This document shows positions 44,784-59,789 of a stretch of 64,000 nucleotides of DNA, one piece after another. Origin of the DNA: the human T2T-CHM13v2.0 reference genome, Homo sapiens; NCBI RefSeq assembly GCF_009914755.1, contig NC_060935.1; one strand, 5' to 3'. How positions within the stretch are numbered: position 1 is the first letter of the stretch; each line of letters begins with the position of its first letter. The notes under the pieces are model-generated. The model ran no database searches. It saw only the letters and a list, made by a program, of their open reading frames with translations, and had not been told where the DNA came from. Both the position numbers and the translations under genes were made by a program.

Positions 44784-46774
44784 TAAAGAAACCTTTGTTT
44801 CATTAAAATTTACATATAAGCTGAATTAATATAATACTTTCAAATAGACGTTTATTACTTATATGAACAGTTTTCATTATGTAACATATTTTTCCTACCT
44901 TTAAAAATTGTTTTCATTTGATTAGGATCAAAATCATCATAACTTCCCATTAAAATTAATAGAATTATATTTTTATATCTTTTTTAGTTAGGGGCAGGGT
45001 TATCAGAAATGAATTAAGGTAATTAAGAAAATGACCTTTCAGGAGAATTAGTTCATTTAAATGTCACCGCAACCATGTGGGTATGTATTGCCATCATTAC
45101 CATTATTATTATCCCCATCATTGGTATTATTACCATCACCATAATTACTTTAATTTTAACCCCAATTCTCACACAAGGAAACTTAAGCATAAAGTAGGTC
45201 TGCTCAGTACCTTCTAATTTTCCCCCAAATTTCGAACAGTTGAGATTTCAGACCCCACCATCTACATAAAACTAGTTGTCATTCTTCTCAGGACAGGTAG
45301 TTAGAGACACAGGGCATGTTTGTGGTCAGTCCCTTGTTATCCTTGAAAAGTAAAAGACTTTATTAGCGTCTTTCCTAACTCTTGGGAAGAAAATCAGGTG
45401 GTAAGCATTTTCTTGTTGTTGTTTCTAGTTTGGTGTGAATGTGGTGTTTCACTGATAGACAAATTTACCTATAAGGGAAAACTCAGCCTAGTAGAAATAC
45501 ATCTAGTAAAGAATTCCCAGGATGAACAAAGCACTGTGGTAGGCTTGAGGAAATGGGCCAAGGCATTGGAAAGGGTATATGTGTTTTTTTTCATCAGGGG
45601 AGAAAGAATAAATATTTAAATTAAACATTCTAATCATATGATATTATTTAGTATCATAAAAATCACAAAGCTACCTTTTCTTTTAGTTTTATCTGTTATT
45701 CATGCTTGTCTTGGGGAATATATTATTCTACTTTTACTCTTTTTACATATATTTTTATACTCCAAGACAAAAATCAACCATTCTTTTTCATATTTTCAGA
45801 TAATAGCCTTATTTTTTAGGTTTGTCATGTTCAATAAGCCTACTACAAATGTATAGGATGTACACCATTAATCCTTTCAATGCTTAGACCCTCATTTCCA
45901 TACCACCGAAATGAGCATTGAGTCACATTCTGTGTAGGCCTATACAGAATGCATTCATCCTTGTTTTCTCATTTGAACTTTGTAACGACATCAATATAAC
46001 ATGCATTATTATTCCCTCTTTTTTAAGAAAAAATAGAAGGTAAGTGATTTACCAAGGCCTCTGAGCCCCTCTGTACTATAGAGGTCCTTTGTTTGTACAA
46101 ATCATAAATTAGGCTTATTAATCCAAGCTATTGGAAGACACTTAATTTCTATCTTTTGGGAATTTCCATAATATTGATTTTCTTCAGAACAAGACATTCT
46201 GTCATTATGCCATAAAAAGAGTTTCCTATAGCAGTACTACCTCTGTAATCAATCTAAACTCTAAACGTCTCCTCCATTGAGTTCACTAAGCTGTTTTGTC
46301 AAGTTTAGTCCCTCATTGATTCCCTGGATAGAATATGTAGAGGAAAGGCCAAGCTTCCCTCAATTTCCTTAGAGAGAGTCATGAGGAGGAGTCCCCACCC
46401 AGACAGCACATTCAGAGAAAGTCCTCTGGAAGGAAAACCACTTAGCTAGTCAAGAATTTGATGATGAACATTCAAGAAGAAAACATCAGAAGTCCTTCAT
46501 GAGGTCTATGCTAGTTAATATTTTCATATGTGTAATTCATTTTATCCTCATAGCAACCCTTTGTGATTAACATGATTGGAAGGAGACTGAGTTTAAAATA
46601 GGAAATTTTTCAAGATTAGGGTTATGTCATTTGTTTAATCCATTATTTGAATCCAGATATCTCTGATTAAATATAATTTGACTGGATATTATAGAAAAAT
46701 TATAGCAAAGCCTATAATTTTCCTAAAATTCCACAGAATATGTTTCTTAAGTTCTATATATGTGATATATATGA

Positions 46775-47089
<315 letters not shown>

Positions 47090-47169
47090 GTGACCTATAT
47101 TTTCTATTAAATTCTTCATTGTTTGGAAGCAGTATCCTACTCATTGTCTAAAGGGTATATACTAATTGC

Positions 47170-48175
47170 TTCATCAATGTCATTTATTCCTTAAATAATA
47201 TTTCTAATTTAATTATTATTATTTATTCTTAATAAATGACATTTATTCTTTAAATATTTATTACATTTAAATAATATTTTTGAAAATAAATGGCGTCGAT
47301 TATTGAAGAATGAGTTTTTAAATAATTGTAAGAATATTTATTTGTTAATATTCATTAATATTAATATCACATATGATATGTGATATTATATATTTATTCT
47401 ATATTAATATATACTTATTCTATATTATATAATATCATTTGTTATGTAATAATATAGTAATCATATTCCCTGTTTTTGCTTTTGGGTTAGATTAAAGAAT
47501 AAATAATTTAAAGAATAAATGACATTTTTAATATTATTATTTAATACTAAATGAAATTTTTGTTATAATATTATCTAATATTAAATGACATTTAATAATA
47601 AATGTCATTATATTATTTAATTATTATTTTAAGTAAAATTTCTTATTTTAAACATAATTTCTTCTTTAAATAATATCTTCAGTTATAAAATGTATGTATA
47701 AATCTAATCCAAAAGCAAACATAGGAAATACTATTTCCTATTTTTCTCCTTCATTATGTCAACTATCATTTACTTGAAACCTCATATATGTTATTAGTGG
47801 GAGAAAAGGAAGTGCAACAACTTTTAACTTTATATGGGTAACAGACCTTTGAGAATATAATAGGAGCTACGAATCTTTTCACCAAAGTAAAGCAAACATT
47901 TTCATACCTAATTTGTGTGTATATGGGCAAACACACACACAAAGACACATGCAGTGAAAATAATAACAATTTTATTCATTCTTTAAATTATAATGTAAAT
48001 AATAATGTCATTTATATTTAAAATTATAATTTAAAAGATGTCATTTTAAAAATTAAAGATAAATGACATTATTATTCAATTATCACTATTTTAAATAACA
48101 TTCTTCAAATAATATCCTCAGTTTTATATGTATAAATCTAAACCAAAAGCAAAAATAGGGAATTCTTTCTTTCTT
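47170..48175. repeat. AT-rich mosaic of direct and inverted repeats
   Basis: Seven AATGACATT/AATGTCATT copies and a ~90-bp diverged direct repeat (47644-47740 vs 48087-48170). Confidence 0.8.
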
Positions 48176-48477
48176 CTATGTAATCTCTATTTTTTGTTCA
48201 AGGATATCTCGAGATGTGATGAGAGAGATGAAGGAAGTATACAGAAAAAGTGGCTTCATAACCTGAATCCATTAGGTCCTAAAGGCAAGACAAAAGGCCT
48301 CATAAAGGAGCAAAAAGAAACAATATGATTGGAAAAGCTGAAGAAGGAACTAAAACATAAAAAGATAAAGGAGTTTCCTGCCACAATCAAAAAAGGAAGC
48401 ATTACTAACAGATGAAATCTGTTTCTAAACTGCCTGTTTTCTTTAAAAGCACATTGCCATCCAAAAAAGGAATAATG

Positions 48478-48783
48478 GGCCAGTCGCAGTGTCTCACACC
48501 TGTAATCCCTGTGCTTTGGGAGGCCGAGGTGGGTGGATCACCTGAAGTTAGGAGTTTGAGACCATCCTGGCCAACATGATGAAACCCCGTCTCTACTAAA
48601 AATACAAAAAAATTAGCTGGGCATGGTGGCACGTGCCTGTGATCCCAGCTACTCAGGAGGCTGAGGCAGGAGAATCACTTGAACCCAGGAGGCAAAGGTG
48701 GCAGTGAGCTGAGATCATGCCACTGTACTCCAGCCTGGGCAACAAGAGCAAAACTCTATCTCAAAAAAAAAAAAAAAAAAAAA
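48478..48783 (+). mobile_element. AluS
   Basis: Full dimer with A tail; TSD aaggaataatg(g). Confidence 0.92.
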
Positions 48784-48824
48784 GAAGGAATAATGGTACA
48801 ACTATTTTGGAGTAATAAACCTTC

Positions 48825-49682
48825 AAACAAAAATCAAGCAACCCCATCAAAAAGTGGGCAAAGGATATGAACAGACACTTCTCAAAAGAAGACATTTATG
48901 CAGCCAACAGACACATGAAAAAATGCTCATCATCACTGGCCATCAGAGAAATGCAAATTGAAACCACAATGAGATACCATCTCATACCAATTAGAATGGC
49001 GATCATTAAAAAGTCAGGAAACAACAGGTGCTGGAGAGGATGTGGAGAAATAGGAACACTTTTACACTGTTGGTGGGACTGTAAACTAGTTCAATCATTG
49101 TGGAAGACAGTGTGGCAATTCCTCAGGGATCTAGAACTAGAAATAACCATTTGACCCAGCCATCCCATTACTGGGTATATACCCAAAGGATTATAAATCA
49201 TGCTGCTATAAAGACACATGCACACGTATGTTTATTGTGGCACTACTCACAATTGCAATGACTTAGAACCAATCCAAATGTCTATCAATGATAGACTGGA
49301 TTAAGAAAATGTGGCACATATACACCATGGAATACTATGCAGCCATAAAAATGGATGAGTTCCTGTCCTTTGTAGGGACATGGATGAAGCTGGAAAACAT
49401 CATTCTGAGCAAACTATCTCAAGGACAGAAAACCAAACGCTGCATGTTCTCACTCATAGGCGGGAATTGAACAATGAGAACACTTGGACACAGGGTGGGG
49501 AACATCACACACCAGGGCCTGTTGTGGGTTGTGGGGAGTGGGGAGGGATAGCATTAGGAGATATACCTAATGTAAATGACAAGTTAATGGGTGCAGCACA
49601 CCAACATGGCACATGTATACGTATGTAACAAACCTGCACGTTGTGCACATGTACCCTAGAACTTAAAGTATAATTAAAAAAA
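48825..49682 (+). mobile_element. 5'-truncated L1PA (L1PA4/5-like)
   Basis: ORF2 C-terminus (…[20 protein letters not shown]…), 3'UTR and short A tail. Confidence 0.92.
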
Positions 49683-50299
49683 GGCTTAAATATAACATGA
49701 CTAAATTGTATAGAAGCCACGTGGTCTAGAGAAGATGATCCTGAATCATACAGAGCTTAATTAACAGAATTAACAAATCACTAGCAATCAATTTTAATAA
49801 GGTACTTTTTGATACATAGCAGAAAAGAAAAATGAGGTATAACATGAACACCTACATAGTTAAGGGATATAGTTCATGGACTATTTATAAGAATATGATA
49901 GACCATTAGCAATGAAACAGAAGGATATAAAACACATTAGACTGAGGATCATCATCATATTTCATAATCATATATATCTACAGATTTTTCCTAGGAGGAA
50001 TGATGCATTCTCTAAATATAAAACATTATAGATTCTTATGTCATAGCCATTACTTTTATGTATCGCTGTTAGATTTAGATATATCTGCTCTGTAGACATG
50101 CAGAGATAAATAAATGTGATTCCATGTCAAATACCTGCCCAGAATGGCTTCATCCAAATTATTCCAAGAAAAATTGTTAGTTTACAATTTACCTTATTAT
50201 TTTTACACTATTGTTTCTACCAGGCCAATTCTATTCAGTGTTTTATAAAATTTTATACAAGAGTTTGGTGCACACATCCCACAGCACTTGGGAATAGTC

Positions 50300-51075
50300 C
50301 TTTAGTGTGGTCTTTGAAATTAAATCGCACATGGAATCTCAACTTAGTCACTTCATACATCTGAGACCTTGGTCAAGTTATTTCACTTCTAAGATGTTTT
50401 GGTTTTCACATTCAACAATGGAAACTATCATGACCTACATTATAGGATGGTTCAGATACTTTATAATGTATTGCATATAAAATCTTATTTATAGAGGTTT
50501 TCCTGCAGTTAAGGAGCCAGAAGATCTGGGTTCAGACCTGGGTTATGCTCCATGCAAGTTTTGTAACTTCATGAGATGACATTTGTTAGCTTCAGCGTAC
50601 CCCTTTCTAAAGTGGAACTGATTGCCAACAATATTGTAGAGTTGCCAACGGGTTTGATAATAAATAATGTGGAAGTACTTTGTAAACTGTAAAAGTGTTA
50701 ACCACAAATTCAAATAAACTTGTTTATGCAAAGCACAGCTGACATGCATCTCAACACCTATGTTCTGACCAGCATTCCAATGATTACATCTCTACACTTA
50801 CTATATTTATACCAACAATTTGTTTATTTTTAAGTAGAAATTATGGCTCCCTCCTCTTTATCACATTATCACTAAACCAATAAAAGAAATCCTATAACAA
50901 TGAATGTCATAGAACTTTTAGAATATTAGAGTTGGAAAGAATGCAAAGTACTACTTTTAGATCATTATTTTTAATGTATAGGAAATTGAGAATTAGAGAC
51001 CCACTTACTCAACAGAGCAAGGGAAAGACAAGACCTGAATCAGAAATTCCAGTTTTATGTAAGTTTCCACTGCCA
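50300..51075. mobile_element. Cluster of MIR fragments
   Basis: 'gagaccttggtcaagttatttcacttct', 'gaagatctgggttcagacctgg...tactttgtaaactgtaaaagtg'. Confidence 0.55.
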
Positions 51076-51539
51076 TACTATTTAATTTGTTTTTTCCTAT
51101 AAGGCTCTATAGTATGAAATACACCTTAAAAAGTAGAGCACCAGTCAGGGCTTAAAAGTTAGTTTTTGAAAATGAAAAAAAATCTGCAAGATTAATGTAT
51201 TAAGTAATAGAACTTGACCTGTACTCAGGTGAATTTAATATTTTCTCTAGGGATGACTTGTTTCCCTCTCTCCAGTTAGCTTGCCTTTTAAGCTAATTTT
51301 GTTGCATCCGAGGTTACTATTTTCATTTTCCAATTTGTAAGTCCCTTTCCATTTTCCAGATCATTACCATTTATAATGTTCTGAACATTCTTCTTGAGAG
51401 TTCCTGGGGTAATTAAAAGGAGTCCTCCTGATGGGTCCCTGACCTTTGGCAGTACTCTTCAAACGCTAGGACTGCTGCAAGGTGCAAAGCCCTTATTTAT
51501 ACCCTTCCATTGTAGAGTTGCGTAAGGCATGTTTTTGGT

Positions 51540-52622
51540 TATTTATTCAACAGAGATTTATTAAATGCCAACACTGTGTCAAGCACTGTGTTCATCACTG
51601 CGTTAACTTCCTGTTAACTTCCTACTTAGAGAAACAACAATTACAATATGTCCTGATAAGTGCTGTGATAAAAAGTATTTACAGGATTCTGTATGAGCCC
51701 AACACAATAGGGTCAGGCAGGAAGGACTGGCAGCAGAGGAGGGTTACATTTATATCAAACAGCCAGTGTAGATTATAGAGGAGTGTTCAGGATCTATAAA
51801 ATGTTCCATCTGCCCAAAGAAAGGGTTCATGTCACCCTCAGTCAATAAAAGAGTAAATCTTCTTTACTTTGTTTCCAAAATATATACTCAAAGTTCATCC
51901 ACTTCTCTCCCCCAATGCTATTACTGTCATCCATGCTGCCATCATCTCTCATCTGAAATTATTTCCCTAAACCTACTTACTGTTCTCTATGCATTCATTC
52001 TTACTCATTGCAATTTATTTTTTCCCCAGCATCTAGGAGTATTAAATAGCAAATCAGATAAGGTTTAAACCTTCCATTGGCTATCTACTGAACTACTTAG
52101 ATTAAAACTTATAATTCCTTGGCATGGCTTACCAGGTCCTTTGATCTAGTACCTACCTAACCCCTCCAGTCCTTACCTAGTGTTTTTCCCTCAATTATTC
52201 TCCATGCTTAGCATTATTGGTCTTTATTCTATTTCTAAGACACGAGTTCCTTCTGTCCCACACAGGGATTTTACATTTATTATGCTCCTTGCCTGGAATG
52301 ACTTTATCCTAAACATTTGCATAGGTGAGAACTTCTTGCTGACAGTGCTCAAGTCACATGCCACCTTCTCAATGGATCCCTCTAAAACAATCCAGGCTAA
52401 TTCTATCTGCTAAGATTATGCCACATCACACTGTTTTCTTTCTTTAAAATAATTAGCACCATATAAATTTATATATTACTTTGCTTACTAATTGTTTGTT
52501 TCACTGTGCTAGAATATAAGCTTTAAGAACAGGGACCTTCATGTTGTCACCATCATTTATCAAATGCCTAGAAAGTACATAGCATATAGTAGGTCATCAA
52601 CAGACATATGCTGGGTTAGTGA
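51540..52622. mobile_element. LINE-2 fragments (minus ~51540-51790, plus ~51860-52622)
   Basis: 'ttattcaacagagatttattaaatgcc'; 'ctagaatataagctttaagaacagggacc...agtacatagcatatagtagg'. Confidence 0.65.
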
Positions 52623-52669
52623 GAACGGACATGTAAGCAAGCACTAGACAGAAAAGCCTGGTATATTTC

Positions 52670-53080
52670 ATGGTTATACTAATAAATAGGATGGATCCAC
52701 AACCAATATTTGGTTTGGATGTTAGGACTGATGATACCACATCTTCACCAAAAGGATATTAAAATGTTTATTAATTACATAATGAGACTTTTGGGGGATA
52801 ACAGGAAGGGCTTCCCAAGATAGTCTGAAAATGGCTTGAAAGATGATGTAAAGAGACTGGCTTGAGATTTTTATTATGGATACATATGGAACCACCACAG
52901 TGAGTATTTTGGCACATGGACAGGGGCTTACATGGTTTAAATCTGTCATTGCCAAAGGAGCAAACATCAAACATTTTTTATAAACTTGTCCAGATATAAG
53001 GAGGAGGGGACGATAGAGATGAACCTTAAACCCTGTTAAGCAGTCAAACGTCCAAAAGTGAAGTCAGGAGATTTAGTACA
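52670..53080 (-). mobile_element. ERVL-class solo LTR (MER73/74/76-like; subfamily uncertain)
   Basis: 'atgtttattaattacataatgagact...tctgaaaatggcttgaaag...gagactggcttg...cagtcaaacgtccaaaagtgaagtcag'. Confidence 0.5.
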
Positions 53081-53121
53081 GAATGCCATTCCAAAGGGTC
53101 CAGATTGTATAAAAGTTGTAA

Positions 53122-53429
<308 letters not shown>

Positions 53430-55126
53430 CTGGAGATTCTTGAAGCATGATAAAGTTTACCTTTTAGAAGGATTGATCTGCCTGCACTTTGGAGAAAATA
53501 ATAGGGAGATGAGGTAGAAAATCAAGAGGACATGAGGAAGCCATTGTAATGACCTAGGTAAGAGACACTGGAAGCCCCAAAATAGAGATTCTTGAAGGCT
53601 ATGAAGAGTTAGGGACAAACTTGAGAGGCATATAATTCTTAATGATAAACAATTGAATTGTCTTGACATCTTAACTAATTTGGATTCTGACAAACAACTA
53701 CAACAAGTTCAACATTATTCACCAGCTACTTAAAGTAGTTTAAAGTGAAATGCCCCCTCAACATGAAAAATGCTGGGCTCCGTGGACCACTTTCGGAAAT
53801 AAATCCTCCAAAGATTGCAATTGCATGAGAACACCAAGTAGGTCATGCCAAGGAAAAGATATGTTAAAGGCAAGTAGCCCATACTTCAAATGATATGTTG
53901 AGCAGACTCCAGATACTTACAAGACTGGAGGTTGTGTTGATATTTGAGTGTTCAGATCCTATGTCAAGCTCAGTTTCCTATTGACTTCAAATCTTAGGCT
54001 GTTCCACTGAGATATGCAACATTGTCCCTATACTTGCAATGGTAGATGAGGAGTTCTTGGAATCTTGACTCAAATATTCAGGATTCTGGCAAGGGAACTG
54101 GGCTCTGTCAGTTTTTTCATAGAGATATCCTTGCCTAAAGGGACAGAAACAAAGAAGTTTCCAAAATATTCTGTTTATTAGTAGGTTGTGCTGTTAATGA
54201 ATAACTGTAGCTAAGCATCATATGCCTTGAGGACTGGGATTTGCAGCTTGTCCCTCCTACTTCACATCTACTGTTCACAAGAGGTCCTCCCTTCTTCTGG
54301 ACCATCCTTATAACACTCATGTCCCTGTTGCCAAAAATCCTGCATGTGCTTTCAAGTGAGCTGACTGGTCCTCCTTATGCAGTCTTTCTCTTTACTGTAA
54401 TGTCATTGTTGTATCATGGGCTTCTGTTGCCATGATGATAACAGTAAAGAATCAGTGTAGATTACTAGAAATCATATTTGCTTTTAAGGTGGTCCATATC
54501 TGGTTATGGCAAATTTACCCCTAATTATATACCTAAGGACCTATAAAGGAGAAACTCTCCCCACTGCTACTTCGTAGGACTAGCTCTTTTCTGGAAAATA
54601 AAGCAGAAGTCAGAGGAAAGAAGCACATAACCAGGAAGAAGTCAGTGGGAAGATACAGGTAGTAAATTTCATTCTCTTCTTATTAAATGTATTTTCCAGG
54701 AAATATTTTAAGTTACTTCACAGATCCATTAAATCTTCTTCTCATTTTCAACAGGAGAGATAGATACAAGTAATTTCACTATTCTGCCTTTTTGGCTTCT
54801 ACCATAAAATGAGTCATTTGTATTAGAGCAGCAATTTCCAAACATTTTTAGGCCATGGACAGCTGCTGTTGAATGTCTGTATTTTGAAAAATGGAAACTA
54901 CTAAGATAACTTCATTTATTACATAATTTCATTTTATATTTTTTATTAATCTAAATTGTACATGTACTCTCAAAATGAGAGCTTCTGATAAGCTAAATTG
55001 GGTTTTCTTTTTCTTACTTTTTTTAAACTACAAAAACTTAAAAGTTACAAAGGAAAATCACATATATACAAAATAACAATGAGTGTGTGTGTGTATAGCA
55101 AAAGTAACAAAAAATCATATAGTAGA

Positions 55127-57505
55127 CGTATTAGTCCATTTTCACACTGCTATAGAAACTGCCCTAGACTGGGTAATTTATAAAGAAAAGAGGTTTAATT
55201 GACTCATAGTTCCAAATGGCTGGGGAGGCCATAGGAAACTTACATTCATGGCAGATGGTGAAGGGGAAACAAGCTTAGACATTCTCACATGGTGTCAGGA
55301 GACAGAAGAGTGAGTAATGAAGAGGGAAGAGCCCCTTATAAAACCATCAGATCTCATGAGAACTCACTCACTATCATGAGAACAGCATGGGAGAAACCAC
55401 CCCCATGGTCCAATCACCTCCCACCAGATCTCTCTCTAGACATGTAGGGATTACAGGGATTATAATTCAAGAGGAGATTTGGGTGGGGACAGAGCCAAAC
55501 AATATCATTCTGCTCTGGCTCCTCCCAAATCTCATGTCCTCACATTTCAAAATTAATCATGCCTTCCCAGCAGTCCTCCAAAATCTTAATTCATTCCAGC
55601 ATTAACCCAAAATACCAAGTCCAAAGTCTCATCTGACACATGTCAAGTTTCCAAAACCAATCATGTCTTCCCAACAATCCCCCAAAGTCTTAACTCTTTC
55701 CAGCATTAACTCAAAAGTCCAAGTCCAAAATCTCATCTGAGACAAGTAAAGTCTGTCTATTAATTTGTAATTTATTCTGATTGCCTATGAGCCTGTAAAA
55801 TCAAAAGCAAGTTAGTTCCTTCCAAGATAAAATGGGGGTATGGGAATTAGGTAAATGCTCCCATTACAAATGGGAGAAATTGGCCAAAACAAAGGGGCTA
55901 CATGCCCCCTGCAAGCCTGAAATCCAGCAGGGCAGTCATTAAAACTTAAGGCTCCTAAATGATCTCTCCTGACTCCATGTCTTAAATCCAGGTCATACTG
56001 ATGCAACAGGTAGGTTTCCACAGTGTTGAGCAGCTCTGTCCCTGTGGCTTTTCGGGGTACAGTCTTCCTCCCAGCTGCTTTCATGGGCTGGCACTGAGTG
56101 TCTGTGGCTTTTCCAGGTGCACAGTGCAAGCTGTCAGTGGATCTGACATTCTGGGGTCTGGAGGACAGTGGCCCTCTTCTCATAGCTCCACTAATTAGTG
56201 CCTCAGTGGGGACTCTGTGTAAGGGCTCCAACCCCACATTTCCCTGCTGTACTGCATTAGCAGAGGTTCTCCATGAGGGTTCTACCCCTGCAGCAAACCT
56301 CTCTGGACATCAGGCATTTCCATACATCCTCTGAAATCTAGGTGGAGGTTCCCAAACATCAATTATTGACTTCTGTGTACCCACAGGCACACACCACATG
56401 GAAGCCATGAAGGCTTGGGGCTTGCACCCTCTGAAGCAATGGCCTGAGCTGTACAATGGTCCCTTTTAGCCAAGGCCGGGACACAGGGTGCCAACTCCCA
56501 AGGTTGCACAGAGTAGCAGGAGGACCCTGTGCCGGCTCACAAAACCATTTTTTCCTCCTAGGACTCTGGGTCTGTGATCAGAGGGGTTACCATGAAGGTC
56601 TCTGACATTCCCTGGAGACACTTTTCCCATTGTCTTGGCAATTAACATTAAGCTCCTCATTATTTAGGCAAATTTCTGCAGCAAGCTTGAATTTCTCCCC
56701 AGAAAATGTGTTTTTGTTTTTTATCACATTGTCAGGCTGCAAATTTTCCAAACCTTTATGTTCTGATTCCCTTTTAAGCATAAGTTCCAATTTTAGATCA
56801 TCTCTCTCAAGTTCAAGGTTCACACATCACTAGGGCAGGGGTGAAATGTCACCTGTCTCTTTGCTAAAGCATAACAAAAATGACCTTTGCTCCAGTTCCT
56901 AATAAGTTTCTCATCTCCATCTGGGACCACCTTGGCCTGGACTTCATTGTTCACATTTCTATCAGCATTTTGGTCAAAACCATTCAACAAGTCTCTAGGA
57001 AGCTGCAAACATTTCCACATCTTTCTGTCTTCTGCTGTGCCCTCCAAACTGTCCCAACCTCTGCCTGTTACCAAGTTCCAAAGTCACTTCCACATTTTTT
57101 GATATCTTTATAGCAGTACCCCACTCTCTATGGTACCAATTTACTATGTTAGCTGGTTTTCACACTGCTATAAAGAACTGCCCAAGACTGGGTAATTTAT
57201 AAAGAAAGGAGGTTTAATTGACTCACAGTTCTAAATGGCTGTGTAGGTCTCAGAAAACTTACAATCATGGCAGAAGGCAAAGAGGAAGCAATCTTGGATC
57301 TTCTCACATGGTGGCAGGGGAGAGAAGAGTGAGTAGCGAAGGGAGAAGACCCTCTTTTAAAACCATCAGGTCTCATGAGAACTCACCATCACAAGAACAG
57401 CATTGGGGTAACCATCCCCAAGATCCAGTCACTTCCCACCAGGTCTCTCCCTAGACACATAGGGATTATGGGAACTAAAATTCAAGGTGAGATTTGGGTG
57501 GGAAC
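55127..57505 (-). mobile_element. Near full-length MSTA-like MaLR: LTR 55127-55507, internal 55508-57144, LTR 57145-57505 (outer end missing)
   Basis: Two homologous LTRs and an internal region homologous, in reverse, to the THE1 at 31.4-33.8 kb. Confidence 0.9.
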
Positions 57506-57539
57506 CTGTGTAGGCTAGAGAAAATTTGCAACAAATAGA

Positions 57540-58200
57540 GAAAGAATTATTATAATATCCAAATTGATCAAAATAAATGACAAATTAATAGATCTAAAAT
57601 AATATAAATTTGAAATTCACAAAAAAAGTCTAATGGCAATAGACATATAAGAATATAATCAACTGCAATAATCATCAGAGCAAAGGAAGGTAATAATGAA
57701 ATTGCATTTCCACACTTAAAAAGAAACACAATATCACATCTTTGAGAACATGGAGAAATGAGCACTCTCTTATATTGCTGAAGTGAATTTCCACAAACTC
57801 TTTGTAAAGTATCTGGTGATATTCATTACAATGTAAAACAGATATAACCTTTGATACAGAAATAAGAGTTTTAGGACTCCATCTTATTGAAATGCAAGTA
57901 TAAGTTTCCAAGCCATAGTATAAAGAAAAGTTATAGGATCCTTATTTGCAAAGTTGAAAAACTGAAAAGAATCTGAATAACATCAATAAATGAATAATTA
58001 AATAAATGTTGGTACTTTTTTGCTATGAAATAGTATATTGATACTTGAAATAATGTTTTAGAGTTACAGTTACTGACTTGGAAGGATAGCCATGGCGTAG
58101 TACTAAGAAAGAAAATCAAGTTTCAAAGTAGCCTGTAAGATATGATGCTGTTTTGTGGAAAGAAACAGCCCTCCTGTGTCTCTATACACATACCTATCTT
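57540..58200 (+). mobile_element. Very old L1M (L1ME-like) 3' fragments
   Basis: 'agcactctcttatattgctg...gataacctttgatacagaaat...ttaaataaatgttggtac'. Confidence 0.5.
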
Positions 58201-59789
58201 TTTATGATAAGGGGAGGAAATGAAAATAGGCAGGGGAAGATTATGCATTTTGTTTACTTATAGCTTTATGCTATATCAGTACTTGCAGCAAATAGAGGTT
58301 TGTTGTTAATGTTGTTGCTATTGTTTCTTTTTTAATGTGGGGGAGAAATGTAATATAATAAAAATATGATCAAAAAGGAAAAAAGAAAATAGTCTAGAGA
58401 AAATCCTCTCCCCATTTCTAGGATTCCAAAAAGCCCAGACACCGTTATGAGAATCAAAGGAATAGATGATTCTGTGTCCCTTTCTCCTTATAAAACATAG
58501 CTTTATATGATTACCAGTTTAATATTAACTTCTCCAAATTATTCAGATTGATGCCATAAGCCTGCAGCTACTTCATTCTTTTTTAGCAATCTTTCTATGT
58601 GGTTGTATTGATTATAAACACTCCTATAAAGGCACGCTTCTCTCAATAATCATTTGATCTTTCTCTATGAACACAAACTCTATGATTATAGGTTTCCAGT
58701 AGACAATATATTGATTTGTCTAAACAGCACCTGCTTTTATGCGAAATGCAAGTTTCCATCTGGTTGGCTTTCATGGAAGCAGCGATTTTTGTAAAATATG
58801 ACCCCACCATGTTTGTCACAGAGGTAAGCAGAAGACCTCAGTTAAGATAATGAAACCCTTCTTCTAGATATATAGTATTTGGGCCAAAGAGACTATAAGA
58901 ATAGTCCACTTTCAGTGATAAAACCATAAAATATGAAATTTGTGAGTTGTCAATAACTAGGTTTCCTACCATGTGGTTAAAGCACAACTGCAGGGAAAGT
59001 GAATGTAGCAAACCTCCCAAGAAAGGTAAAAATAAAGAGAAAGAGGATCCTGATGGTATTTGAGTCCCTGGTAAAAATGCTTCTGAGGCCCAGCACTAGT
59101 CAGTAAAATCAACTGATTATTTACTCTTCTGGGTATGATGGCCAGCACAAGTTAAGTTATTATCACTTGTAGTTAAGAAAATATTAACAGCTATAAATTT
59201 TATGTTTCATTTCCTTTGGAATATCCCCAAGAATCTAAGACAGAGTTTGGTTACAGACATTATCTAAACCATACTGCTAGCCTGGAATAACGTAGTATGG
59301 ACAGAGGAAAGGGCAGAGTTCAGAACTATCATCAGCAAAGGAAGCTCGGGCAGTGTGCAGAGAAAGTTCTATGTGAAAATAAAAGAACAGGAAGATGAAA
59401 AACATTTTTAAGATGAAGGGAATCTAAGCTGCACAGGGTAAAATTATAGCAAAGAAACCCGATATTCTATACAAAAAACAAAAAGAAAAATATTAAAGAA
59501 AATAATTGTGCAAGACCAAACTCAGTAATGTGGACTTGTTTAATACTGAAAAAACTCCTAAAGAGGCATAGATTTTGGACAGTTAATTGTTTTGGCTTGT
59601 TACTGTCTTTATCCTAGGAAATATTTGGCTAAGATTAGAGATGCTATTTTTTTTGTATGTTAAAAAACAGTCCAACTCTTTTCTTTTTATCTGTAGTGTG
59701 TTTGGATCAACATTTAGTTGTATATTCCCAAAAAGATCAAGAATATTTTATTATGTTCTTCAATAATATTGATGCTGGACATAGACCTA

